Source: Blastocystis sp. Blastoise (taxonomy: Eukaryota; Protista; Bigyra: Opalinata). Taken from it: 64,000 bases of DNA. How positions within the stretch are numbered: position 1 is the stretch's first letter; every line of letters begins with the position of its first letter. The notes beneath the pieces are model-generated. The model had not been told where the DNA came from. It saw only the letters and a program-made list of their open reading frames with translations, and did not search any database. This document shows positions 1 to 14,073 of this stretch, piece by piece. The translations under genes and the position numbers were made by a program. The stretch covers positions 1,057,102-1,121,101 of the forward strand of contig JBBPEB010000030.1 in the NCBI GenBank assembly GCA_039096225.1. Direction: 5' to 3'.

Positions 1-843
1 TTGATCATAATACTATTTATACAAAGTATATATATTATAGATATTATTATTATTATTATTATATAGAATGTATTATATTGATGCTGATACATATACTATA
101 ACATTTTCTCTTGAACAAGTTCATTATGAACAACAATTTCAATTGATTATTTCTCCATCAATTATGGACCCTCAACAATCATTTATTCATTTCCCTTCGA
201 ATAATAATCCTATTCCTGTTCCTAATTATGAAGATTATGGAAAAAATGGTATTTATTATTTATTTTTATTATTATTATATATATAGAATTATTAGATGAT
301 GAAGGAATTAATAAAAGTATATATTTATATTATTATAGTTATTATTTATATATATAGCTTATATAGCTGGTAATCAAATTTTCATTCATGTTCATCTCTT
401 TGATATATCTTTTATATTATTATTTATATATATTTTATAATATAAATATTTTTTTCTTAATAATCACTCCTTTAATAATACAATAGAAGAAGATATATCA
501 AAAGAATTATATATAGAAATATATAAGAATGAAACTCGTATAGAAACTGATAGGTATATATATTTATATTATTATTATAATTATTATATAGTTATGCAAT
601 ATTAATTTATGGAAATGTATATGTATTTTCTTTATATCATATTATATTATATATAGATAATAAATAGATCAGTTTTATTATTAACAGTATATACAAATGA
701 TTTTATATATATTATAGGACAACAACATTTTTATATAAAGGTATGTATTTATCTATATATATATTTATTTAAATTATTCATAGTTTTATAATTAGTTTAT
801 ATAGGATAGGAAAGAGTTTCCATATATATATTATAATGATTAA
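1..843 (+). CDS. 3' part of a multi-exon gene, probable filamin/Ig-like repeat protein (5' end outside window)
   Basis: Exons joined by GT-AG introns and one AT-AC intron give ...YIAGNQIFIHVHLFD|SFNNTIEE..., resembling the 'AG...V.L.D.FGN' pattern of filamin/Ig-like repeats. Phases of the last exons are ambiguous, so the 3' end is approximate. Confidence 0.55.
405..467 (+). other. AT-AC (U12-type, minor spliceosome) intron
   Basis: Starts ATATCTTTT and ends TTTTCTTAATAATCAC, with a branch-like TTCTTAA. Removal joins GAT|TCC in phase 0 and removes an in-frame TAA. Confidence 0.65.
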
Positions 844-1510
844 TTTTTTACATATTATCTATTATATTATTAAAATTGTACTATGTCATATTTAATTATA
901 ATATTCTTCTTGTTTGGTAGATATTTAGAATTAGTTGATTTACAGATATCTTTTCTAGTAGAGAATAATAAAATATAAATAATTCAACATTAGTTTTTTA
1001 TAAAAATATAATCTTTATTATGTTAATGATAGGTTGTAAAACGTTTCAGATATTATCTATTTTATTTATATATGTATAATAATCTATAATTGATTTAAAT
1101 AAGACATGTTACACAAGAAAATGTTTATAAATTGTGAATCTCATCTTAATAAATAACTATACTGATTATATATTTTTATTCTGTATAAGATTTATATCTT
1201 AAGCAGAATGCTATTTTATTAATATAACTGACAAATATATTTAATTGAAATCATAGTGTGTTAAAATAGCACGGTTTTATCTCTGTAACATCTAAATATA
1301 TATGTTGTAATTAAATAATTCATGCTAAAAACTATATAATATATTTATAAATTAATTGATAATCAAATAGACTTTTTGTAAAGAAAAAGAGTAATTTTAT
1401 AATTTTATTAACCTCTGAAAACAAAGAATTTTATATAGATTCTTATAATAGTAATAATATATTGACTATTATAATTCAAAAATAAAACAATACATGTAAA
1501 AAAATAAAAA

Positions 1511-1583
1511 TGCCCCAGATAAGATTTGAACCAGCGACAATAACCATTATAACTATAGCGCTGACCAACTATACCAACAATTC
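1511..1583 (-). pseudogene. tRNA-derived relic retaining Pol III A box, B box and oligo-T
   Basis: Minus strand GAATTGT TGGTATAGTTGG...GCTGGTTCAAATCTTATCTGGGGCA followed by TTTTT. It keeps a 73-nt tRNA register, but the acceptor and T stems do not pair. Confidence 0.55.
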
Positions 1584-1866
1584 TCTCAATTTTTTGTTTT
1601 TATATAATATATATAATAAATTTAAATATAGCTAAATCTTCAAATTTTTATATTCATTATCTTTCATAACATTTATGTCAGTATAGACATGCTTAGAATA
1701 ACTATTAAATAGAAATTATTAATTTTTGAAAATAAATTGTCTATTGATGTGGTGATAATGAACTCAAAAAGAACACCTCAGTGATGTAAACGTTTTTTAA
1801 ATACTAAAAATGACGCAGAGTTGATTGAATCATTATAAATAGTTGTCAAAAAAATTTAAAAGAAAA

Positions 1867-1937
1867 TGTCCCCTATAAGGATCGATCCGTCGACCATGTA
1901 AAAATTTTATGCGCATAAACCATTCGACCAAATACCC
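1867..1937 (-). pseudogene. second tRNA-derived relic, related to 1511-1583
   Basis: Minus strand TGGTCGAATGG...GCGC...GTCGACGGATCGATCCTTATAGGGGACA followed by TTTT. Shares GCGC, GTCG, CTTAT and the G4-rich 3' end with the first relic; stems unpaired. Confidence 0.5.
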
Positions 1938-2857
1938 CTTATATAATATTTATCATCAAGTCATATAATAATTATAAAACCAGTGACTACTAACCTTTTT
2001 TTATTTTTCCCTTTTTAAACATAAAAATAATATATTTTACAATATAAATATTATAAATGTGTTGTGTGACTTATTCTACATGTAAAATACATTTTAAAAC
2101 CATTTTTAAAGGCTATTAAAAAACATTTTGTCTGAAGTATTGTTTTTTAAAATCTGACTTTTGTTCATACTGTTGTTTTTTGTTTGGTTTTTGAAAATAA
2201 TTATTTTAATATGCTTTTCGTTTATTTTTTTTTATTACTAGTCAGGGTGTATCTGTAGAGTCCCTACAAGACTACTTCGTGATATTTAACAAAAACAAAA
2301 ACTTTTTAATTACATTATTATTTTTTATAATATTATTTTAGAGTTTATTGACAATATTATTCATTATAACACATAAATAATACTATTTGAAATAGCTTAA
2401 AAAAAGTATATAAACAATTGACTATTGTCACAAAATATTTTTATTTGTCACCCAACTTAACACGAATAGTCAAACATAGGAATCATACTTGTTGTTATTT
2501 GATGACTTATATACTTTTCAGTCATGTATCTGTCACAACATGTGTCACAAAAAATATTTTATTTGACTTATTTTCAAATAGTCATACATTATATATCAAA
2601 ATAATACGTTTTTAGTCAAAAACTGTCACGTCATAATATAATAGTCAATGAATGAATTATCTTTTTTATGTCACCCGGTCCTTTTTTCATGAAAAGTGTG
2701 TAAATCGACGTGTCTTGATGAGCTGAGTTTGAAAATATTTTTTTTATATTTTTAAAATTAAAAACAAAAAAGTTATTTATCATTTTTCATTTTTGTGTCA
2801 CAAATTTTGCTGACAATTGCGACGCCGCAAAAAAAAAGGGCCTTTTGGAAGTCGCTG

Positions 2858-2911
<54 letters not shown>

Positions 2912-3306
2912 TGGTTTAGGGTTAGGATTTAAAATGAATATAAAATAATTTAGGGTTTAGGGTTTAGGGTTAGGGTTAGGTTTAATATAAAATAATGGTT
3001 TTAGATTTAATATAAAAAAATAATAGATTAGGGTTAAATTGAATATTAAAATAATAGATTAGGGTTAATATAAAATAATTTTTAGGTTAGGGTTAGATTT
3101 TTAATATAAAAATAAATAAATAAATAAAATAAATAAATAAAAAAAAATTTGAATAAATGAATAAAAAGAATAATAATAATAATAAATAGAATAATAAATA
3201 GAATAATAATAATAAATAGAATAATAGAATATAATAATAATAGAATAATAATAGAATAAAATAATAATAGAATAGAATAATAATAAAATAATAATAAATA
3301 AATCTT

Positions 3307-3425
3307 GAGAACGGCCATATCAAGTGGACAACGCCCTAACCCGTCTGATCTAGGAAGCTAAGCCACTTCGAGCTAGGATAGTAGCGGTGTGGGGGACTCG
3401 CCGTGAAGTCCTAGTGCTGTTCTTT
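3307..3425 (+). rRNA. 5S rRNA (copy 1)
   Basis: 119 nt GAGAACGGCCATATC...GTGCTGTTCTTT. Helix I GAGAACGGC/GCTGTTCTT, helix III CCTA/TAGG, box A AGCTAAGC, loop E TAGTA, oligo-T terminator. Confidence 0.97.
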
Positions 3426-3652
3426 TTTTTTTTATTTTTTATTTATTATTTATTATTTTATTTATTATTCTTTTTATTATTAATATTTTTAATTATTTAT
3501 ATATAACATTTTATTTATATTATTTTTATTATTATTATTATAAAAAATATAAAAAAAAAATTTTATATTATTTTTTATTATTAAATTTTTGTAAACATAT
3601 TATTTATATTATAAATAATAATAATAAAATAATATTTGATAAAATAAAATAA

Positions 3653-3719
<67 letters not shown>

Positions 3720-4114
3720 TGGTTTAGGGTTAGGATTTAAAATGAATATAAAATAATTTAGGGTTTAGGGTTTAGGGTTAGGGTTAGGTTTAATATAAAA
3801 TAATGGTTTTAGATTTAATATAAAAAAATAATAGATTAGGGTTAAATTGAATATTAAAATAATAGATTAGGGTTAATATAAAATAATTTTTAGGTTAGGG
3901 TTAGATTTTTAATATAAAAATAAATAAATAAATAAAATAAATAAATAAAAAAAAATTTGAATAAATGAATAAAAAGAATAATAATAATAATAAATAGAAT
4001 AATAAATAGAATAATAATAATAAATAGAATAATAGAATATAATAATAATAGAATAATAATAGAATAAAATAATAATAGAATAGAATAATAATAAAATAAT
4101 AATAAATAAATCTT

Positions 4115-4233
4115 GAGAACGGCCATATCAAGTGGACAACGCCCTAACCCGTCTGATCTAGGAAGCTAAGCCACTTCGAGCTAGGATAGTAGCGGTGTGG
4201 GGGACTCGCCGTGAAGTCCTAGTGCTGTTCTTT
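4115..4233 (+). rRNA. 5S rRNA (copy 2)
   Basis: Matches copy 1. Confidence 0.97.
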
Positions 4234-4463
4234 TTTTTTTTTTTTTTTTTATTTATTATTTATTTTTTTATTTATTATTCTTTTTATTATTAATATTTTT
4301 AATTATTTATATATAACATTTTATTTATATTATTATTTTATTATTATTATTATAAAAATTATAAAAAAAAATTTTATATTATTTTTTATTATTAAATTTT
4401 TGTAAACATATTATTTATATTATAAATAATAATAATAAAATAATATTTGATAAAATAAAATAA

Positions 4464-4514
<51 letters not shown>

Positions 4515-4909
4515 TGGTTTAGGGTTAGGATTTAAAATGAATATAAAATAATTTAGGGTTTAGGGTTTAGGGTTAGGGTTAGGTTTAATATAAAATAATG
4601 GTTTTAGATTTAATATAAAAAAATAATAGATTAGGGTTAAATTGAATATTAAAATAATAGATTAGGGTTAATATAAAATAATTTTTAGGTTAGGGTTAGA
4701 TTTTTAATATAAAAATAAATAAATAAATAAAATAAATAAATAAAAAAAAATTTGAATAAATGAATAAAAAGAATAATAATAATAATAAATAGAATAATAA
4801 ATAGAATAATAATAATAAATAGAATAATAGAATATAATAATAATAGAATAATAATAGAATAAAATAATAATAGAATAGAATAATAATAAAATAATAATAA
4901 ATAAATCTT

Positions 4910-5028
4910 GAGAACGGCCATATCAAGTGGACAACGCCCTAACCCGTCTGATCTAGGAAGCTAAGCCACTTCGAGCTAGGATAGTAGCGGTGTGGGGGAC
5001 TCGCCGTGAAGTCCTAGTGCTGTTCTTT
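4910..5028 (+). rRNA. 5S rRNA (copy 3)
   Basis: Matches copy 1. Confidence 0.97.
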
Positions 5029-5259
5029 TTTTTTTTTTTTTTTTATTTATTATTTATTTTTTTATTTATTATTCTTTTTATTATTAATATTTTTAATTAT
5101 TTATATATAACATTTTATTTATATTATTATTTTATTATTATTATTATAAAAATTATAAAAAAAAATTTTATATTATTTTTTATTATTAAATTTTTGTAAA
5201 CATATTATTTATATTATAAATAATAATAATAAAATAATATTTGATAAAATAAAATAATT

Positions 5260-5320
<61 letters not shown>

Positions 5321-5715
5321 TGGTTTAGGGTTAGGATTTAAAATGAATATAAAATAATTTAGGGTTTAGGGTTTAGGGTTAGGGTTAGGTTTAATATAAA
5401 ATAATGGTTTTAGATTTAATATAAAAAAATAATAGATTAGGGTTAAATTGAATATTAAAATAATAGATTAGGGTTAATATAAAATAATTTTTAGGTTAGG
5501 GTTAGATTTTTAATATAAAAATAAATAAATAAATAAAATAAATAAATAAAAAAAAATTTGAATAAATGAATAAAAAGAATAATAATAATAATAAATAGAA
5601 TAATAAATAGAATAATAATAATAAATAGAATAATAGAATATAATAATAATAGAATAATAATAGAATAAAATAATAATAGAATAGAATAATAATAAAATAA
5701 TAATAAATAAATCTT

Positions 5716-5834
5716 GAGAACGGCCATATCAAGTGGACAACGCCCTAACCCGTCTGATCTAGGAAGCTAAGCCACTTCGAGCTAGGATAGTAGCGGTGTG
5801 GGGGACTCGCCGTGAAGTCCTAGTGCTGTTTTTT
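5716..5834 (+). rRNA. 5S rRNA (copy 4)
   Basis: Matches copy 1 except the 3' C before oligo-T reads as T. Confidence 0.95.
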
Positions 5835-6061
5835 TTTTTTTTTTTTTTTATTTATTATTTATTTTTTTATTTATTATTCTTTTTATTATTAATATTTTTA
5901 ATTATTTATATATAACATTTTATTTATATTATTTTTATTATTATTATTATTATAAAAATTATAAAAAAAAATTTTATATTATTTTTTATTATTAAATTTT
6001 TGTAAACATATTATTTATATTATAAATAATAATAATAAAATAATATTTGATAAAATAAAAA

Positions 6062-6116
<55 letters not shown>

Positions 6117-6511
6117 TGGTTTAGGGTTAGGATTTAAAATGAATATAAAATAATTTAGGGTTTAGGGTTTAGGGTTAGGGTTAGGTTTAATATAAAATAA
6201 TGGTTTTAGATTTAATATAAAAAAATAATAGATTAGGGTTAAATTGAATATTAAAATAATAGATTAGGGTTAATATAAAATAATTTTTAGGTTAGGGTTA
6301 GATTTTTAATATAAAAATAAATAAATAAATAAAATAAATAAATAAAAAAAAATTTGAATAAATGAATAAAAAGAATAATAATAATAATAAATAGAATAAT
6401 AAATAGAATAATAATAATAAATAGAATAATAGAATATAATAATAATAGAATAATAATAGAATAAAATAATAATAGAATAGAATAATAATAAAATAATAAT
6501 AAATAAATCTT

Positions 6512-6630
6512 GAGAACGGCCATATCAAGTGGACAACGCCCTAACCCGTCTGATCTAGGAAGCTAAGCCACTTCGAGCTAGGATAGTAGCGGTGTGGGGG
6601 ACTCGCCGTGAAGTCCTAGTGCTGTTCTTT
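6512..6630 (+). rRNA. 5S rRNA (copy 5)
   Basis: Matches copy 1. Confidence 0.97.
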
Positions 6631-6858
6631 TTTTTTTTTTTTTTTATTTATTATTTATTTTTTTATTTATTATTCTTTTTATTATTAATATTTTTAATTA
6701 TTTATATATAACATTTTATTTTATTATTATTTTTATTATTATTATTATAAAAATTATAAAAAAAAATTTTATATTATTTTTTATTATTAAATTTTTGTAA
6801 ACATATTATTTATATTATAAATAATAATAATAAAATAATATTTGATAAAATAAAATAA

Positions 6859-6920
<62 letters not shown>

Positions 6921-7315
6921 TGGTTTAGGGTTAGGATTTAAAATGAATATAAAATAATTTAGGGTTTAGGGTTTAGGGTTAGGGTTAGGTTTAATATAAA
7001 ATAATGGTTTTAGATTTAATATAAAAAAATAATAGATTAGGGTTAAATTGAATATTAAAATAATAGATTAGGGTTAATATAAAATAATTTTTAGGTTAGG
7101 GTTAGATTTTTAATATAAAAATAAATAAATAAATAAAATAAATAAATAAAAAAAAATTTGAATAAATGAATAAAAAGAATAATAATAATAATAAATAGAA
7201 TAATAAATAGAATAATAATAATAAATAGAATAATAGAATATAATAATAATAGAATAATAATAGAATAAAATAATAATAGAATAGAATAATAATAAAATAA
7301 TAATAAATAAATCTT

Positions 7316-7434
7316 GAGAACGGCCATATCAAGTGGACAACGCCCTAACCCGTCTGATCTAGGAAGCTAAGCCACTTCGAGCTAGGATAGTAGCGGTGTG
7401 GGGGACTCGCCGTGAAGTCCTAGTGCTGTTCTTT
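7316..7434 (+). rRNA. 5S rRNA (copy 6)
   Basis: Matches copy 1. Confidence 0.97.
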
Positions 7435-7669
7435 TTTTTTTTTATTTTTCTTTATTTATTATTTATTTTTTTATTTATTATTCTTTTTATTATTAATATT
7501 TTTAATTATTTATATATAACATTTTATTTATATTATTATTTTTATTATTATTATTATAAAAATTATAAAAAAAATTTTATATTATTTTTTATTATTAAAT
7601 TTTTGTAAACATATTATTTATATTATAAATAATAATAATAAAATAATATTTGATAAAATAAAATAATTT

Positions 7670-7717
<48 letters not shown>

Positions 7718-8112
7718 TGGTTTAGGGTTAGGATTTAAAATGAATATAAAATAATTTAGGGTTTAGGGTTTAGGGTTAGGGTTAGGTTTAATATAAAATA
7801 ATGGTTTTAGATTTAATATAAAAAAATAATAGATTAGGGTTAAATTGAATATTAAAATAATAGATTAGGGTTAATATAAAATAATTTTTAGGTTAGGGTT
7901 AGATTTTTAATATAAAAATAAATAAATAAATAAAATAAATAAATAAAAAAAAATTTGAATAAATGAATAAAAAGAATAATAATAATAATAAATAGAATAA
8001 TAAATAGAATAATAATAATAAATAGAATAATAGAATATAATAATAATAGAATAATAATAGAATAAAATAATAATAGAATAGAATAATAATAAAATAATAA
8101 TAAATAAATCTT

Positions 8113-8231
8113 GAGAACGGCCATATCAAGTGGACAACGCCCTAACCCGTCTGATCTAGGAAGCTAAGCCACTTCGAGCTAGGATAGTAGCGGTGTGGGG
8201 GACTCGCCGTGAAGTCCTAGTGCTGTTCTTT
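8113..8231 (+). rRNA. 5S rRNA (copy 7)
   Basis: Matches copy 1. Confidence 0.97.
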
Positions 8232-8323
8232 TTTTTTTTTATTTTTCTTTATTTTTTCTTTATTTTTTTATTTATTATTCTTTTTATTATTAATATTTTT
8301 AATTATTTATATATAACATTTTA

Positions 8324-8357
<34 letters not shown>

Positions 8358-8467
8358 AAAATTATAAAAAAAATTTTATATTATTTTTTATTATTAAATT
8401 TTTGTAAACATATTATTTATATTATAAATAATAATAATAAAATAATATTTGATAAAATAAAATAATT

Positions 8468-8520
<53 letters not shown>

Positions 8521-8915
8521 TGGTTTAGGGTTAGGATTTAAAATGAATATAAAATAATTTAGGGTTTAGGGTTTAGGGTTAGGGTTAGGTTTAATATAAA
8601 ATAATGGTTTTAGATTTAATATAAAAAAATAATAGATTAGGGTTAAATTGAATATTAAAATAATAGATTAGGGTTAATATAAAATAATTTTTAGGTTAGG
8701 GTTAGATTTTTAATATAAAAATAAATAAATAAATAAAATAAATAAATAAAAAAAAATTTGAATAAATGAATAAAAAGAATAATAATAATAATAAATAGAA
8801 TAATAAATAGAATAATAATAATAAATAGAATAATAGAATATAATAATAATAGAATAATAATAGAATAAAATAATAATAGAATAGAATAATAATAAAATAA
8901 TAATAAATAAATCTT

Positions 8916-9034
8916 GAGAACGGCCATATCAAGTGGACAACGCCCTAACCCGTCTGATCTAGGAAGCTAAGCCACTTCGAGCTAGGATAGTAGCGGTGTG
9001 GGGGACTCGCCGTGAAGTCCTAGTGCTGTTCTTT
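8916..9034 (+). rRNA. 5S rRNA (copy 8)
   Basis: Matches copy 1. Confidence 0.97.
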
Positions 9035-9258
9035 TTTTTTTTTTATTTTTATTTTTTCTTTATTTTTTTATTTATTATTCTTTTTATTATTAATATTTTT
9101 AATTATTTATATATAACATTTTATTTATATTATTATTATTATTATTATTATTATAAAAATTATAAAAAAAATTTTATATTATTTTTTATTATTAAATTTT
9201 TGTAAACATATTATTTATATTATAAATAATAATAATAAAATAATATTTGATAAAATAA

Positions 9259-9307
<49 letters not shown>

Positions 9308-9702
9308 TGGTTTAGGGTTAGGATTTAAAATGAATATAAAATAATTTAGGGTTTAGGGTTTAGGGTTAGGGTTAGGTTTAATATAAAATAATGGTTTTAG
9401 ATTTAATATAAAAAAATAATAGATTAGGGTTAAATTGAATATTAAAATAATAGATTAGGGTTAATATAAAATAATTTTTAGGTTAGGGTTAGATTTTTAA
9501 TATAAAAATAAATAAATAAATAAAATAAATAAATAAAAAAAAATTTGAATAAATGAATAAAAAGAATAATAATAATAATAAATAGAATAATAAATAGAAT
9601 AATAATAATAAATAGAATAATAGAATATAATAATAATAGAATAATAATAGAATAAAATAATAATAGAATAGAATAATAATAAAATAATAATAAATAAATG
9701 TT

Positions 9703-9821
9703 GAGAACGGCCATATCAAGTGGACAACGCCCTAACCCGTCTGATCTAGGAAGCTAAGCCACTTCGAGCTAGGATAGTAGCGGTGTGGGGGACTCGCCGT
9801 GAAGTCCTAGTGCTGTTCTTT
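9703..9821 (+). rRNA. 5S rRNA (copy 9)
   Basis: Matches copy 1. Confidence 0.97.
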
Positions 9822-10049
9822 TTTTTTTTTTTTTTATTTTTCTTTATTTTTTTATTTATTATTCTTTTTATTATTAATATTTTTAATTATTTATATATAA
9901 CATTTTATTTATATTATTATTATTATTATTATTATTATAAAAATTATAAAAAAAAAATTTTATATTATTTTTTATTATTAAATTTTTGTAAACATATTAT
10001 TTATATTATAAATAATAATAATAAAATAATATTTGATAAAATAAAATAA

Positions 10050-10104
<55 letters not shown>

Positions 10105-10499
10105 TGGTTTAGGGTTAGGATTTAAAATGAATATAAAATAATTTAGGGTTTAGGGTTTAGGGTTAGGGTTAGGTTTAATATAAAATAATGGTTTTAGATT
10201 TAATATAAAAAAATAATAGATTAGGGTTAAATTGAATATTAAAATAATAGATTAGGGTTAATATAAAATAATTTTTAGGTTAGGGTTAGATTTTTAATAT
10301 AAAAATAAATAAATAAATAAAATAAATAAATAAAAAAAAATTTGAATAAATGAATAAAAAGAATAATAATAATAATAAATAGAATAATAAATAGAATAAT
10401 AATAATAAATAGAATAATAGAATATAATAATAATAGAATAATAATAGAATAAAATAATAATAGAATAGAATAATAATAAAATAATAATAAATAAATGTT

Positions 10500-10618
10500 G
10501 AGAACGGCCATATCAAGTGGACAACGCCCTAACCCGTCTGATCTAGGAAGCTAAGCCACTTCGAGCTAGGATAGTAGCGGTGTGGGGGACTCGCCGTGAA
10601 GTCCTAGTGCTGTTCTTT
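10500..10618 (+). rRNA. 5S rRNA (copy 10)
   Basis: Matches copy 1. Confidence 0.97.
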
Positions 10619-10851
10619 TTTTTTTTTATTTTTTATTTATTCTTTATTTTTTTATTTATTATTCTTTTTATTATTAATATTTTTAATTATTTATATATAA
10701 CATTTTATTTATATTATTATTATTATTATTATTATTATAAAAATTATAAAAAAAAATTTTATATTATTTTTTATTATTAAATTTTTGTAAACATATTATT
10801 TATATTATAAATAATAATAATAAAATAATATTTGATAAAATAAAATAATTT

Positions 10852-10906
<55 letters not shown>

Positions 10907-11301
10907 TGGTTTAGGGTTAGGATTTAAAATGAATATAAAATAATTTAGGGTTTAGGGTTTAGGGTTAGGGTTAGGTTTAATATAAAATAATGGTTTTAGA
11001 TTTAATATAAAAAAATAATAGATTAGGGTTAAATTGAATATTAAAATAATAGATTAGGGTTAATATAAAATAATTTTTAGGTTAGGGTTAGATTTTTAAT
11101 ATAAAAATAAATAAATAAATAAAATAAATAAATAAAAAAAAATTTGAATAAATGAATAAAAAGAATAATAATAATAATAAATAGAATAATAAATAGAATA
11201 ATAATAATAAATAGAATAATAGAATATAATAATAATAGAATAATAATAGAATAAAATAATAATAGAATAGAATAATAATAAAATAATAATAAATAAATGT
11301 T

Positions 11302-11420
11302 GAGAACGGCCATATCAAGTGGACAACGCCCTAACCCGTCTGATCTAGGAAGCTAAGCCACTTCGAGCTAGGATAGTAGCGGTGTGGGGGACTCGCCGTG
11401 AAGTCCTAGTGCTGTTTTTT
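11302..11420 (+). rRNA. 5S rRNA (copy 11)
   Basis: Matches copy 1 except the 3' C before oligo-T reads as T. Confidence 0.95.
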
Positions 11421-11649
11421 TTTTTTTTATTTTTTTTTATTTTTCTTTATTTTTTTATTTATTATTCTTTTTATTATTAATATTTTTAATTATTTATATA
11501 TAACATTTTATTTATATTATTATTATTATTATTATTATTATAAAAATTATAAAAAAAATTTTATATTATTTTTTATTATTAAATTTTTGTAAACATATTA
11601 TTTATATTATAAATAATAATAATAAAATAATATTTGATAAAATAAAATA

Positions 11650-11706
<57 letters not shown>

Positions 11707-12101
11707 TGGTTTAGGGTTAGGATTTAAAATGAATATAAAATAATTTAGGGTTTAGGGTTTAGGGTTAGGGTTAGGTTTAATATAAAATAATGGTTTTAGA
11801 TTTAATATAAAAAAATAATAGATTAGGGTTAAATTGAATATTAAAATAATAGATTAGGGTTAATATAAAATAATTTTTAGGTTAGGGTTAGATTTTTAAT
11901 ATAAAAATAAATAAATAAATAAAATAAATAAATAAAAAAAAATTTGAATAAATGAATAAAAAGAATAATAATAATAATAAATAGAATAATAAATAGAATA
12001 ATAATAATAAATAGAATAATAGAATATAATAATAATAGAATAATAATAGAATAAAATAATAATAGAATAGAATAATAATAAAATAATAATAAATAAATCT
12101 T

Positions 12102-12220
12102 GAGAACGGCCATATCAAGTGGACAACGCCCTAACCCGTCTGATCTAGGAAGCTAAGCCACTTCGAGCTAGGATAGTAGCGGTGTGGGGGACTCGCCGTG
12201 AAGTCCTAGTGCTGTTCTTT
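12102..12220 (+). rRNA. 5S rRNA (copy 12)
   Basis: Matches copy 1. Confidence 0.97.
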
Positions 12221-12449
12221 TTTTTTTATTTTTCTTTATTTTTCTTTATTTTTTTATTTATTATTCTTTTTATTATTAATATTTTTAATTATTTATATAT
12301 AACATTTTATTTATATTATTATTATTATTATTATTATTATAAAAATTATAAAAAAAATTTTATATTATTTTTTATTATTAAATTTTTGTAAACATATTAT
12401 TTATATTATAAATAATAATAATAAAATAATATTTGATAAAATAAAATAA

Positions 12450-12481
<32 letters not shown>

Positions 12482-12875
12482 TAGTGGTTTAGGGTTAGGA
12501 TTTAAAATGAATATAAAATAATTTAGGGTTTAGGAGGGTTAGGGTTAGGTTTAATATAAAATAATGGTTTTAGATTTAATATAAAAAAATAATAGATTAG
12601 GGTTAAATTGAATATTAAAATAATAGATTAGGGTTAATATAAAATAATTTTTAGGTTAGGGTTAGATTTTTAATATAAAAATAAATAAATAAATAAAATA
12701 AATAAATAAAAAAAAATTTGAATAAATGAATAAAAAGAATAATAATAATAATAAATAGAATAATAAATAGAATAATAATAATAAATAGAATAATAGAATA
12801 TAATAATAATAGAATAATAATAGAATAAAATAATAATAGAATAGAATAATAATAAAATAATAATAAATAAATGTT

Positions 12876-12994
12876 GAGAACGGCCATATCAAGTGGACAA
12901 CGCCCTAACCCGTCTGATCTAGGAAGCTAAGCCACTTCGAGCTAGGATAGTAGCGGTGTGGGGGACTCGCCGTGAAGTCCTAGTGCTGTTCTTT
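12876..12994 (+). rRNA. 5S rRNA (copy 13)
   Basis: Matches copy 1. Confidence 0.97.
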
Positions 12995-13224
12995 TTTTTT
13001 TTTTTTTCTTTATTTATTCTTTATTTTTTTATTTATTATTCTTTTTATTATTAATATTTTTAATTATTTATATATAACATTTTATTTATATTATTATTAT
13101 TATTATTATTATTATAAAAATTATAAAAAAAATTTTATATTATTTTTTATTATTAAATTTTTTTAAACATATTATTTATATTATAAATAATAATAATAAA
13201 AAAATATTTGATAAAATAAAATAA

Positions 13225-13277
<53 letters not shown>

Positions 13278-13673
13278 TGGTTTAGGGTTAGGATTTAAAA
13301 TGAATATAAAATAATTTAGGGTTTAGGGTTTAGGGTTAGGGTTAGGTTTAATATAAAATAATGGTTTTAGATTTAATATAAAAAAATAATAGATTAGGGT
13401 TAAATTGAATATTAAAATAATAGATTAGGGTTAATATAAAATAATTTTTAGGTTAGGGTTAGATTTTTAATATAAAAATAAATAAATAAATAAAATAAAT
13501 AAATAAAAAAAAAATTTGAATAAATGAATAAAAAGAATAATAATAATAATAAATAGAATAATAAATAGAATAATAATAATAAATAGAATAATAGAATATA
13601 ATAATAATAGAATAATAATAGAATAAAATAATAATAGAATAGAATAATAATAAAATAATAATAAATAAATGTT

Positions 13674-13792
13674 GAGAACGGCCATATCAAGTGGACAACG
13701 CCCTAACCCGTCTGATCTAGGAAGCTAAGCCACTTCGAGCTAGGATAGTAGCGGTGTGGGGGACTCGCCGTGAAGTCCTAGTGCTGTTCTTT
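13674..13792 (+). rRNA. 5S rRNA (copy 14)
   Basis: Matches copy 1. Confidence 0.97.
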
Positions 13793-14026
13793 TTTTTTTA
13801 TTTTTCTTTATTTTTCTTTATTTTTTTATTTATTATTCTTTTTATTATTAATATTTTTAATTATTTATATATAACATTTTATTTATATTATTATTATTAT
13901 TATTATTATTATAAAAATTATAAAAAAAATTTTATATTATTTTTTATTATTAAATTTTTGTAAACATATTATTTATATTATAAATAATAATAATAAAATA
14001 ATAATAATAAAATAATATTTGATAAA

Positions 14027-14073
<47 letters not shown>

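Noticed and set aside
3307-3425. Telomerase RNA gene because of CCCTAACCC
   Set aside because: Sequence and helices fit 5S rRNA throughout
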